The notes below the pieces were generated by a model that did no database searches, was not told the DNA's origin, and saw only the letters and a program-made list of their open reading frames with translations. 64,000 nucleotides of DNA from positions 7,360,001-7,424,000 of the forward strand of contig OY970303.1 of NCBI GenBank assembly GCA_963716255.1. The letters run 5' to 3'. Positions 38,727 to 47,965 of the stretch are shown piece after piece (position 1 is the stretch's first letter; each line of letters begins with the position of its first letter). Origin of the DNA: an uncultured Gemmatimonadales bacterium (GTDB lineage: Bacteria; Gemmatimonadota; Gemmatimonadetes; Longimicrobiales; Longimicrobiaceae). The translations under genes were made by a program, and so were the position numbers.

Positions 38727-40226
38727 ATGCCGGACGGGCTCCTCCTGGGGCTGGACGTGGGCACCAGCGGCGTCAAGGCGGTCCTGGTGCACCCGCGGGG
38801 CGACGTCGTGGTTTCGGCCACCGTGCCGCTGTCGCTGGCCACGCCCCGCCCCGGGTGGGCGGAGCAGGACCCGGACGGCTGGTGGGCGGCGGCGGCGGCG
38901 GCGGTACGGCGGGTGCTGGAGGCGCGGCCGGGCGCCGCGGTGGCGGCGGTGGGCATCGCGGGGCAGATGCACTCGTCGGTGTTCCTGGACGGGGCGGGGG
39001 AGGTGATCCGCCCGGCGCTGCTCTGGTGCGACGGCCGCACCACGGCGGAGTGCGCGGAGATCACGGAGCGCCTCGGCGGCGAGGCCCGCCTGCGGGAGCT
39101 GGCGGGCAACCCGGCGCTGGAGGGCTTCACCCTCCCCAAGGTGCTCTGGCTGCGCAATCACGAGCCGGCGGCCTTCGCGCGCCTGGCCACCGTGCTCCTC
39201 CCCAAGGACTACGTCCGCTTCCGCCTCACCGGGGAGCTGGCCACCGAGCCCTCGGACGCGTCGGCGACGCTGATGTACGACACCGCCCGGCTGCGCTGGA
39301 GCGGCGAGATCATGGCCGCGGTGGGGCTGCCGGCGAGCCTGCTGCCGCCCGTGGGCGGCTCGGCGGAGGTGCTGGGGCGCGTGACGGCGGGGGCGGCGGC
39401 GCTCACCGGCCTGGCGGAGGGGACGCCGGTGGTGGGCGGCGGCGCGGACAACGCCTGCGGCGCGGCGGGGGTGGGGGTGGTGGAGCCGGGGGAGGCGGTG
39501 GCGAGCTGGGGGACCTCGGGCACGGTGCTGGCGCCGCTGGCGGAGCCGCGGGTGGACCCGGGGCTGCGGGCGCACACCTTCTGCCACGTGGTCCCCGGCA
39601 CCTGGTACCTGATGGGGGTGGTGCTCAGCGCCGGCGGCGCCTTCGCCTGGTACCGGGACCAGCTGGCGCGCGAGCTGGCCGGCGCGCCGGACGCGGAGCT
39701 GCGCCTGGACGAGGAGGCGGCGACGGTGCCGCCGGGCGCGGACGGGGTGACGTTCCTCCCCTACCTCCAGGGCGAGCGCACGCCGCACCGCGACGCGGCG
39801 GCGCGCGGCGCGTTCACGGGGCTGAGCCTGGCGCACACCCGGGCGCACCTGACGCGCGCGGTGCTGGAGGGGATCTGCTTCGCGCTGCGCGACTCGGTGT
39901 CCATCCTGCGGGAGCTGGGGATGGCGCCGGGGCACCTGCTGCTCACCGGCGGCGGCGCGCGCAGCCCGTTCGTCCGCCGCCTCCAGGCGGAGGTGTTCGG
40001 GCTGCCGGTGACGGTCGTGAACCGCGAGGAGGGGCCGGCCTACGGCGCGGCGCTCCTGGCCGCGGTGGGCGCGGGCGCGTTCCCGGACCTGGCGTCCGCG
40101 GCGCGGGCGACGCTTTCCCGCGCCCCGCTGGAGCACCCGGACCCGCGGGCCCACGCGGCGTACGACGAGCCCTATGCACGGTTCCGGGCGGGGTACCCGG
40201 CCGTGGCGCGCGTTTCCACGGCTTGA
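38727..40226 (+). CDS. xylB: Xylulokinase
   Basis: GLDVGTSGVK, GQMH, LLPKDY, GGADNA, PYLQGERTP, GGGARS; follows xylA. Confidence 0.95.
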   Translation: MPDGLLLGLDVGTSGVKAVLVHPRGDVVVSATVPLSLATPRPGWAEQDPDGWWAAAAAAVRRVLEARPGAAVAAVGIAGQMHSSVFLDGAGEVIRPALLWCDGRTTAECAEITERLGGEARLRELAGNPALEGFTLPKVLWLRNHEPAAFARLATVLLPKDYVRFRLTGELATEPSDASATLMYDTARLRWSGEIMAAVGLPASLLPPVGGSAEVLGRVTAGAAALTGLAEGTPVVGGGADNACGAAGVGVVEPGEAVASWGTSGTVLAPLAEPRVDPGLRAHTFCHVVPGTWYLMGVVLSAGGAFAWYRDQLARELAGAPDAELRLDEEAATVPPGADGVTFLPYLQGERTPHRDAAARGAFTGLSLAHTRAHLTRAVLEGICFALRDSVSILRELGMAPGHLLLTGGGARSPFVRRLQAEVFGLPVTVVNREEGPAYGAALLAAVGAGAFPDLASAARATLSRAPLEHPDPRAHAAYDEPYARFRAGYPAVARVSTA

Positions 40227-40237
40227 ACGGCGGATCC

Positions 40238-40389
40238 GGGCGTGTCCCCGGCTGGCGCCGGGGTCGGGCTTCGGCTCCGTAACGCAGCAAACAACGCTGC
40301 GTAACGGAGTCGAGCCCCGGCGGAAACTGCCCCGCCGGGTCTCGCCCCTTCGGGCCGAAATCCCTCACGCGGGCGTCGCGCTGGCGTCC
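40238..40389 (-). repeat. Repeat family A, copy 8
   Basis: Reverse complement of consensus, followed by module C. Confidence 0.9.
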
Positions 40390-40528
40390 GCGAGGGCCCC
40401 CACCCGGCTCGCTTGAGGCTCGCCACCCTCCCCCGTTCCGGGGGAGGGGAATCTCCACGCTTCGATCCTCCCGCTCCGCCGTGTCGTGCTCCCTCTTCCC
40501 CTGCCAGACATCGTCGTGGGGCCGGGCG

Positions 40529-41242
40529 CTACCGCAGCAGCGGATACGGGTTCCGGGAGACGCCGCCCCAGTACTGCTTGGGGTCCGCGGTGGTCGACAC
40601 CTCGAAGTGCAGGTGGTAGTTGCCGGGGACGGCGTCGCCGGTGTCGCCCACGTACCCCAGCACGTCGCCGCGCCGCAGCGCCCGCCCCTCCGCGATGCCG
40701 GGCGCGTAGCGGTCCAGGTGGGCATAGTAGAGCACGGTCCGCCGGTCGGGCGCCAGCTGGTAGAGCGTGGTGCCGCCGCGCTCGCTGCGGAACAGCTTCA
40801 TCACCACCCCGTCCGAGGACGCCAGGACCGGTGTGCCGCGCGGCGCCATGATGTCGATGGCATCGTGCCGCCGGCCCTGCCCGCGCGCCTGCTCGTACGT
40901 GTCCACCAGGCTCGACGCCTCCACTCCCTGCACCGGGATCAGGAACCCGGAATCGGACACCGGGGCGGCCGCGGGGGCCGCCTCGTCCCACGGGTCGTCC
41001 GGTGCGGGTTCGCCCGCCGCGGGGAGGTCCGCCGGGGCGCCGCCGGACGGCGCTTCGACGGCGGGGGCGGTGGGGACTGCGGCAACCCGGGGAGCGGCGC
41101 GGGACGCCTCGTCCCCGTCCAGGGCGTCGTGCAGCCGGCCCACCATCCCCGGCGCGGCCCAGGCGGCGGCGAGCAGCGCCGCCAGCATCGAGGCCGCGCC
41201 CAGGGTGAAGGGCAGCAGGAACCCGGATCGGGATCTTCGCAT
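40529..41242 (-). CDS. M23 family metallopeptidase
   Basis: HDAID, YAHL and HLHF motifs. Confidence 0.9.
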   Translation of the reverse strand: MRRSRSGFLLPFTLGAASMLAALLAAAWAAPGMVGRLHDALDGDEASRAAPRVAAVPTAPAVEAPSGGAPADLPAAGEPAPDDPWDEAAPAAAPVSDSGFLIPVQGVEASSLVDTYEQARGQGRRHDAIDIMAPRGTPVLASSDGVVMKLFRSERGGTTLYQLAPDRRTVLYYAHLDRYAPGIAEGRALRRGDVLGYVGDTGDAVPGNYHLHFEVSTTADPKQYWGGVSRNPYPLLR

Positions 41243-41455
41243 GCGGCACCGCCCGCGTGGGGGGACGGCCGGAGAGCCACCCGGCAGGGCCGGGCGCGCA
41301 TGCGCCCGGGATGGTGTCAATCTAACGCGCTATGGCGTTGCCGCCTAATCACTTGTCCGGAGCCGCCGCCGGTCGCCGCGCCGCCCGGGCGCGCCCGGGC
41401 GGACGGGAAAGCGCCCCGGCGCTCGGAGGCAGAAAGACGCGCTCGGGCAGGCCGT

Positions 41456-41589
41456 CGCGTGAGGGATTACGGCCCGAAGGGGCGAGACCCGGCGGGGCTG
41501 TTTCCGCCGGGGCTCGACTCCGTTACGCAGCGTCGTTTGCTGCTTTACGGAGCCGAAGCCCGACCCCGGCGCCAGCCGGGGGCACGCCC
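41456..41589 (+). repeat. Repeat family A, copy 9 (5'-truncated)
   Basis: Similarity begins at CGCGTGAGGGAT. Confidence 0.88.
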
Positions 41590-41611
41590 AAGCCAGCGGT
41601 TCAAAACGCCG

Positions 41612-42001
41612 TCAGTCCGGACTGGTGGACACGTAGATCACCCCCTGCCCGTGGCCCAGCCCCCAGCGGGCGCTCGCGGTCATCCCGTCGTAGTAGCGCA
41701 CCCAGGAGATCGAGTTGACCTGGATCGCGCGCAGCGTCTCCACGCCCCCGAGCTGGTTGTCGTCGATGTACACCTGCACCTGGGTGGGGTTGGTGAAGCT
41801 GTCCGGGCCCTTGGCGCGCAGCCAGTTGGAGCGGAGCGCCTCCACCGCCGCGTAGACGGTGGTGTAGCCGCTCACGCGCAGCTGCTCCTGGGTGAGCAGG
41901 TTGCGGTCCTGCCGCGGCCCGGACGGCGAGGAGCTTCCCGCCGGCGCGCAGCCGGCGCACAGGGCGAGCAGGAGTACGAGAGTGCAGAGAAGCGGTCTCA
42001 T
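41612..42001 (-). CDS. Small lipoprotein resembling a stand-alone TonB-receptor plug domain
   Basis: Lipobox-like CAGC; VYIDD...ISWVRYY...ASARWG...GVIYVST. Confidence 0.6.
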   Translation of the reverse strand: MRPLLCTLVLLLALCAGCAPAGSSSPSGPRQDRNLLTQEQLRVSGYTTVYAAVEALRSNWLRAKGPDSFTNPTQVQVYIDDNQLGGVETLRAIQVNSISWVRYYDGMTASARWGLGHGQGVIYVSTSPD

Positions 42002-42087
42002 GGGCGGCGCGCGGGTGGGGAGTGGAGGGCGTTCCGGCGAGGCGGGGCGGCCGAGCGGCACCGGCCCGTGCCCTCAAGTTAATTCGA

Positions 42088-42489
42088 TCACCTGCGGGCG
42101 GCGAGCGGCGCGAGCGCGCGGACGGCGAGGACGAGCGCGGCGAGCCACAGGAGGACGATGACCGCCGCCGCCGCCCAGCTCCGCGGCCGCTCCCCGACGC
42201 CCTCGCGGGCCCGCGCCAGGCACTCCTCCCACACGCCCGGCGGCACCAGCCGGCGCGCCAGCAGGAAGCCCAGCGGGAGGAGCACCAGGTCGTCCAGGTA
42301 GCCCAGGACGGGGATGGGGTCGGGGATCAGGTCGATGGGGCTGAGCGCGTAGGCCACCACCAGCCCGGCGACCGCCTTCGCGTACCAGGGGGTGCGGGGG
42401 TGCCGGGCGGCCAGGTACAGCGTGTCGCCGTACGTCTTCAGCTCGCGGGCCCGTTCCTTCCACCAGCGGAGGGTTCCGCGTGCGTCCAT
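42088..42489 (-). CDS. YkvA/DUF1232 family membrane protein
   Basis: YALSPIDLIPDPIPVLGYLDD. Confidence 0.92.
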   Translation of the reverse strand: MDARGTLRWWKERARELKTYGDTLYLAARHPRTPWYAKAVAGLVVAYALSPIDLIPDPIPVLGYLDDLVLLPLGFLLARRLVPPGVWEECLARAREGVGERPRSWAAAAVIVLLWLAALVLAVRALAPLAARR

Positions 42490-42543
42490 GGGGGCTTCGT
42501 TATTCGGGCACGGTGAACGGCAACGGCCCTGGACGGCGGGTGC

Positions 42544-42691
42544 GGGCGTGCCCCCGGCGGGCGCCGGGGTCGGGCTTCGGCTCCGTAGCAGACGAAACGA
42601 CCGTCTGCAACGGAGTCGAGCCCCGGCAAACTGCCGCCGGGTCTCACCCCTTCGGGCCGAAATCCCTCACGCGGGTCTCGCGCTGGCGTCC
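42544..42691 (-). repeat. Repeat family A, copy 10
   Basis: Reverse complement of consensus. Confidence 0.9.
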
Positions 42692-42785
42692 GCTGGGGCC
42701 CCCCACCCCGGCGCTGCGCGCCACCCCTCCCCCGCAAGCGAGGGAGGGGCCCGGGGGGAGGGGGGGCGCCGGGGCCAGACCCCCC

Positions 42786-43448
42786 TCACTCGCCCGGCGG
42801 CGGGGCCAGGATCCGCAGCGCGCGCACCACACCGACGAGGACGCCGAACCCCCCGCCCACCATCACCCCGAAGATCGCCATCCAGAGCACCTGCGGGTCC
42901 AGGGTGTGGAGCGCGATCCCGCCGTCCAGGTCGGTCCCCGTCGCGAAGAGCCCGTAGCCCGCCCCCAGCACCCCGCCCAGGAAGGCGAACCCGAGCACCG
43001 ACCGCACCAGGGCGAAGAAGCTCCTCAGCAGCCGCAGGGCGAGGCTCGCCCCCCCGGCCGCGAGGTCGGGCGCGCGGCCGCTCATCTCCACGCGCAGTTC
43101 CCGTCCGTCGGGGCGCGCCGCCGGCGGGCTCCCGCCCACGGGCCGGCGGGGGCGGCGCGGCGGGGCCTCCGCCGGCGGACGGCGGTACGGCGGCGGCGCC
43201 TCGTACGGCGGCGGCGCGGCCGTGCGCGCGGGGGGCGGGGGCGGCGCGGGGCGGGGCGGGGGAGGCGCCGCACGGGCCGCCGCCTCCGCGGCGCAGGCCG
43301 GGCACGTCCGGCCCGGCAGCCAGCCCACCTCCGCGCCGTGGCGCGCGCACCAGAAACCAAGGTCGCCGCCGCACGCCTCGCACGGGCCCACGTGGGTGAG
43401 CGCGTGCTCCGTCCCGCAGACGGTGCACCGCTCCACGACGCGGCTCAA
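42786..43448 (-). CDS. Double zinc-ribbon, Pro-rich linker, two-TM membrane protein
   Basis: CTVC, CEAC, CARH, CPAC; two C-terminal hydrophobic helices; TTG start overlaps the upstream stop, with GGAGG RBS. Confidence 0.7.
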   Translation of the reverse strand: MSRVVERCTVCGTEHALTHVGPCEACGGDLGFWCARHGAEVGWLPGRTCPACAAEAAARAAPPPPRPAPPPPPARTAAPPPYEAPPPYRRPPAEAPPRRPRRPVGGSPPAARPDGRELRVEMSGRAPDLAAGGASLALRLLRSFFALVRSVLGFAFLGGVLGAGYGLFATGTDLDGGIALHTLDPQVLWMAIFGVMVGGGFGVLVGVVRALRILAPPPGE

Positions 43449-44893
43449 ACGCCCTCCTCCGCGCCCGCGTCCGCTGCGGCGCCGGGCTCGGGGTACACCT
43501 CGCGCAGGAGCTCCGGGGGGATGAACAGCCGCCGGACCTCCGGGAGCTCGCCGCGCACCCGGCGCGCGATCACCGGCACGCGCTCGTACGGGCCGAACAC
43601 CTCGCGCGGCAGGCGGTGCGACAGGGTGTTGATGGTGAGCGCTGGGTGCGCCTCCCACCCCGGGTACACCGCGAAGCGCTCCTCCACGTGGTCGTGGCCG
43701 CGCAGCATGCGGCCCACCGGCCGCCCGGCGCCCGTGGCGACCTCGCAGAATGCGGCGAAGTCCTCGCGGCCGAACTCGCTCCCCCGCGTGGTGCGGTTGG
43801 GGATGCGCTTGCGGGCGCGCGGGTGCGCCCGCAGCCAGACGAAGTCCTGCAGCACGCGCGGGTCGTTCCAGTCGCCGCCCTCGGCGAGCATGGCGTGCAG
43901 GTCGGTGTGCGGGACGCCGCCGTGCGCCACCAGCAGCCCGTCCGGGAAGAAGAGCGCCCGCGGCGCCCGCGCGAAGAAGCGCTCGACCAGCCGCCCCAGC
44001 CGCTCCGCCCAGGGGTGGCCGGGGTTGGCGTTCAGCCAGTCGGTGAAGTCGGAGGGGAGCACGGTGGACTGGAAGCGCCCGTCCCGGTAGACGAGCGCTT
44101 CGTCGTGGTTGCCGGCGAGGACGGTGACGCGCATGGGGCCGTCCAGCAGCAGCTCGAAGACGCGCAGCACCACCTCGGCGGCGTGCGCGCCGTCGTCGAA
44201 CAGGTCGCCCAGGAAGACGATGCACGCGTCCGCGCCGCCGCCGCTCCGGTCGATGTGCTGGAGCGTCGTCTCCAGCGCCAGCAGGTCGCCGTGCAGGTCG
44301 CCCACGAACCACACCTCGCCCACCGGCCGGTCCTCGCCCAGCCGGATCGCCAGGTCGCCCGGCCCGGCGGCGTACTCCTCGAAGGCCAGCCCCAGCGGAC
44401 CGCCCCCCGCCAGCCGCTCCTCCATGCGCGCGAGGATGCGCTCGGCGCGCTCCCCGGAGACCGGGCTCGCGACGGCGGCGCGCACGGCGTCCCAGTCCAG
44501 GTCCCGCACCTCCAGCACGCTCAGCCCCGCCGGGGCCGACGACTCGGCCGCGGGCGCCGCGGCGGGCGCGGCGGACGCCAGGGCCTCCTCGATCGGCGCG
44601 GCCTCCGCCGGCAGCGGGGGCGGGGACGTCCCGGCCGCGGGATCCGTCCCGCCACCTGCCGCTACGGCTCCCGAGTCGTCGCCGCCCGTCACCTCGCCAT
44701 CCGTCGGCTCACCGTCCGGATCGTCGCCCGCCGTCTCGCCACCGTCCGGATCGTCGCCCGCCGGCGCCCCGCCCGCCGTCTCCGCGTCGGTGGAGGCGGC
44801 CGCCTCGGCCGGGGCGCCGCCCTCCGCCGGGGGTTCCTGCGGCGCGCCGTCTCCCGGTCCCGGGGCGAGCTCGGGATCCCTGCTCTCCGTCAC
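43445..44893 (-). CDS. Calcineurin-like/PPP metallophosphoesterase with acidic disordered N-terminus
   Basis: GDLHGD, GDLFDDG, GNHD, AHGG, RGHDH; GTG overlaps the upstream stop. Confidence 0.85.
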   Translation of the reverse strand: MTESRDPELAPGPGDGAPQEPPAEGGAPAEAAASTDAETAGGAPAGDDPDGGETAGDDPDGEPTDGEVTGGDDSGAVAAGGGTDPAAGTSPPPLPAEAAPIEEALASAAPAAAPAAESSAPAGLSVLEVRDLDWDAVRAAVASPVSGERAERILARMEERLAGGGPLGLAFEEYAAGPGDLAIRLGEDRPVGEVWFVGDLHGDLLALETTLQHIDRSGGGADACIVFLGDLFDDGAHAAEVVLRVFELLLDGPMRVTVLAGNHDEALVYRDGRFQSTVLPSDFTDWLNANPGHPWAERLGRLVERFFARAPRALFFPDGLLVAHGGVPHTDLHAMLAEGGDWNDPRVLQDFVWLRAHPRARKRIPNRTTRGSEFGREDFAAFCEVATGAGRPVGRMLRGHDHVEERFAVYPGWEAHPALTINTLSHRLPREVFGPYERVPVIARRVRGELPEVRRLFIPPELLREVYPEPGAAADAGAEEGV

Positions 44894-45279
44894 GTCTCGT
44901 TCTCCACGCGCAGCCGCAGCCGCGTCGGGCCGATGGTGAGCACCGCTCCGGCCTCCACCGGCGCCGGGGCGTCGCCCAGCGCGGCGCCGTTCAGGAAGGT
45001 GGGGTTCCGGCTTCCCGGGGCGGGCGCGACGGTCCAGCCGCCCCGCGCCGGGTCGCGCGCCAGCAGGAACTGGGGCTCGCCTGCGTACACGTGGTCGTCC
45101 CCCGCGAAGGTGGACAGCAATTGCTTGCCGATGGCGGTGTCCACCCCCACGCTCAGCCGCTTCGCCGTCGCCTCGGCCACCAGCACCAGCCTCCCGGAGC
45201 GGGTGAAGCCGCACGCCTCGCAGCGCAGCACGGCCCCGTCCTCGTGGACGAAGCCGCACTGCGGGCACTTCCACGCCAC
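44890..45279 (-). CDS. RanBP2-like zinc finger + atypical FHA-like domain
   Basis: WKCPQC...CEACG; IGK...NPTFLNG...VLTIG. Confidence 0.75.
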   Translation of the reverse strand: MAWKCPQCGFVHEDGAVLRCEACGFTRSGRLVLVAEATAKRLSVGVDTAIGKQLLSTFAGDDHVYAGEPQFLLARDPARGGWTVAPAPGSRNPTFLNGAALGDAPAPVEAGAVLTIGPTRLRLRVENET

Positions 45280-45286
45280 GCGCGCC

Positions 45287-46498
45287 TCAGCCCGCCCGGA
45301 CGGTGAGCGGGAGCTTCGAGATGCCCTTTTCCGCGCGCCCCACGGCGATCACGTCGCCCTCGCGCAGCGGGCGCGGCTCCGTGACGGCCTGGCCGTTGAG
45401 CAGCGTCTCGTTGGTGGTCCCCGCCTGCGGCACCAGCTGCCAGGCGCCGTCCGTGCCGCGCTCCACGGTGCACTGCTCCGTGTCCCACACGTTGAAGTCC
45501 TCGCCGAACTGGCGGACCATGTGCTTCCCCAGCGGCGTCCGCACGCCCACGCTGATGGAGTGCCCCGACTCCCCCACGAGCTGGATCCGGTCCGCCTTCA
45601 GCGCCTCGCCGGCCGCTCCCACCGCGTCCGCCGGCGCGGCCTCCGCCGACACCGCGTCCGTCGCCACGGCTCCGGTGGATGTCCCGTCGGTCGCAGCCGC
45701 GTCGGAAGATGCCATGTCCGCCGACACCGCGTCGGTGGATGGCGCGTCCGCGGATGTCGTCTCCACGCCGGCCGCCGCCGTTTCGGTAGATGCCGCGTCG
45801 GTAGATGCCGCGTCCGTGGACGCCGTCTCCGCCGACACTCCGTCCGTCGTTTCCGCGCCGGTCGGCGCCACACCGGCCGTCCCCGCCTCCGCCGTGGCCG
45901 AGCCGGATTCCGGAGTCGCCGCGGGCGGCGTGTCGGGCAGCGTGCCGCTCGGCGGAGCGAGCGCCTCGTCCACCGCGGCAGGCGCGTCCGCGGACGCCGC
46001 AGGATCCGTCGCCGCGCCGGCGGCCGGCATCTCCAGCGTCACGTCCCCGGAGTCCGTCGGCGTTCCGGCCGTCTCGGCTCCGGCGACGGCGGGGGGCGCC
46101 GAGCCTCCCATCGAGTCTGCGGCCGTCGAGGTTTCCGTGCTGGCTCCCACCTCGGGCGGGGTCAGCGGCAGGTCCTCCTCCGCCGCGGCGGCCGGCACCT
46201 CAGCGTCACCTCCGGCGGCCGGATCCGCCGGCATGGCCGGATCCGTCGGGTGCGGAGTCGCCGCCGCCTCTCCCGGTCCGGCCGTCGCGGCCGCAGCCGT
46301 CGCCGCCGTGGGGTCCACGGGCCTCGGGCCCGCCGACGCCATTCCGTCCGAGGCCATCGATTCCGTCGATGCCGTGGTCCCGGCCGATTCCGAAGCCGCG
46401 CCGGCGGTGGTGGAGGCCGTGTCGGCCGCGGGGGCGTCGCCCTGCGGTGCCGCCGTTTCTCCGGGCTGCGAGCCCGGCTCCCTGGTGCTCTCGGTCAC
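45287..46498 (-). CDS. Ala/Thr/Asp-rich low-complexity protein with C-terminal atypical FHA domain
   Basis: About 300 aa of low complexity, then TTNETLLNG...LREGDVIAVG. Confidence 0.75.
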   Translation of the reverse strand: MTESTREPGSQPGETAAPQGDAPAADTASTTAGAASESAGTTASTESMASDGMASAGPRPVDPTAATAAAATAGPGEAAATPHPTDPAMPADPAAGGDAEVPAAAAEEDLPLTPPEVGASTETSTAADSMGGSAPPAVAGAETAGTPTDSGDVTLEMPAAGAATDPAASADAPAAVDEALAPPSGTLPDTPPAATPESGSATAEAGTAGVAPTGAETTDGVSAETASTDAASTDAASTETAAAGVETTSADAPSTDAVSADMASSDAAATDGTSTGAVATDAVSAEAAPADAVGAAGEALKADRIQLVGESGHSISVGVRTPLGKHMVRQFGEDFNVWDTEQCTVERGTDGAWQLVPQAGTTNETLLNGQAVTEPRPLREGDVIAVGRAEKGISKLPLTVRAG

Positions 46499-46513
46499 GT
46501 CGTTCCTCCGGTT

Positions 46514-47932
46514 TCAGCCCGCGCGGGCGGTGAGCGGCAATTTCGCGATTCCCTTGGCGGCGCGGCCCACCGCGATCACGTCGCCCTCGCGGAGCGGGCG
46601 CGCCTCGGTCACGGCCTGGCCGTTGAGCAGCGTCTCGTTGGTGGTCCCCGGCCTCGGCACCAGCCGCCAGGCGCCGTCCTGCCCGCGCTCCACCGTGCAC
46701 TGCTCGGCGTCCCACACGTTGGCGTCCTCGCCGAACTGCCGCACGATGTGCTTTCCCAGAGGCGTGCGCACGCCCACGCTGATGGCGTGCCCGGTCTCGC
46801 CCACCAGCCGGATGCGCTCCGAGCGCAGCACGGCGCCCCCGCCTGACGGCGCGGCGGCGGGCGCGGCCCGGGGAGCCGGCTCCATCGGGGCGGGGGCAGG
46901 CGGTGCGGCCGGTGGCGTCGCCACGCGCGGAGGCGCGGGCGGCGCCGGTACCGACGTCGGAGCCGCAGGCGCGGCGGCCGGAGCCGGCGCGGACGGCGCG
47001 GCGACCTTCGCCGCCGCGGGGCGCCCGGTGAGCACGTCGCGCACCTCCGCCGCGGTGGGGCGGTCCTCCGGGCGCGGCGCCAGGCAGCGGTGCAGCACCT
47101 CCGCCACCGCCTCGTTGCTGGCCGGCCCCGGCATCACCCCGCCCAGCACCGGCCGCTCCGCCGCGTGCCCCAGCGCCAGGCGGGCGTACTCCGACTGGTC
47201 CTCCGACCAGTACGGGTGCCGCCCCGCCAGGAGCTGGTACAGGATCAGCCCGCTGGTGAACACGTCCGACGCCGTTCCGGGAACCGCCCCCCTGGTGAAG
47301 TGCTCCGGCGAGCGGAAGTTGTCGGTCCCCACGTACCCCTGGTGCCCGTGCCAGGGCGCCGGTTCGTCGGTGAGAACCGAAAAGTCCAGGTCGATCAGCT
47401 TTAGCTGGAAGCCCGCCGCGATGGAGCGGTCCTCGATCAGGTAGGCGTTCTCCGGCTTCAGGTCCGCGTGGGCGATCTTCACCGCGTGCAGCGTGTTGAT
47501 CCCCGACATGAACACCTTGGCCCAGATCACGTGCTGCTCCCAGGTGCGTGCCGGGAAGGGGACGGGGAGGGAGCGCCCGCCGTGCTCCGCCCGCTCCCGC
47601 TCGAAGATCCCGGCCAGGTCCGCGCCGTTCTCCACGAACTCGAACACCTGGAAGTAGTTGCGCCCGCCCCACACCGCCTCGAACGCGTCCGTGGCGCGCA
47701 CGCAGTAGTTGCGGGCCGGGCCCGCCTCGATGCGGCGGTGCAGCTCCCGCTGGTAGCGCACGTAGTCGCGGTACCACTCCACCGTCACGGCGGGCGACTT
47801 GTACTGCTTGAAGAACACCTTCTGCCCGGACGGGCTCCGGGCGGCGTACGAGATCGCCATGGCCCCGGGCCCGAACACGCGGGTGATCCGGTAGCCGTTG
47901 ATCTCGTCGCCCTCCTTGAGCTTCTTCGCCAT
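46514..47932 (-). CDS. Non-RD Ser/Thr protein kinase with Pro/Ala linker and C-terminal atypical FHA domain
   Basis: GPGAMA, VFFK, HADLKPEN, IDLD, SPE, SDVF. Confidence 0.9.
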   Translation of the reverse strand: MAKKLKEGDEINGYRITRVFGPGAMAISYAARSPSGQKVFFKQYKSPAVTVEWYRDYVRYQRELHRRIEAGPARNYCVRATDAFEAVWGGRNYFQVFEFVENGADLAGIFERERAEHGGRSLPVPFPARTWEQHVIWAKVFMSGINTLHAVKIAHADLKPENAYLIEDRSIAAGFQLKLIDLDFSVLTDEPAPWHGHQGYVGTDNFRSPEHFTRGAVPGTASDVFTSGLILYQLLAGRHPYWSEDQSEYARLALGHAAERPVLGGVMPGPASNEAVAEVLHRCLAPRPEDRPTAAEVRDVLTGRPAAAKVAAPSAPAPAAAPAAPTSVPAPPAPPRVATPPAAPPAPAPMEPAPRAAPAAAPSGGGAVLRSERIRLVGETGHAISVGVRTPLGKHIVRQFGEDANVWDAEQCTVERGQDGAWRLVPRPGTTNETLLNGQAVTEARPLREGDVIAVGRAAKGIAKLPLTARAG

Positions 47933-47965
47933 GGCGCGTGCTCGGCGTGCGGGGGGCCGCCGCGC

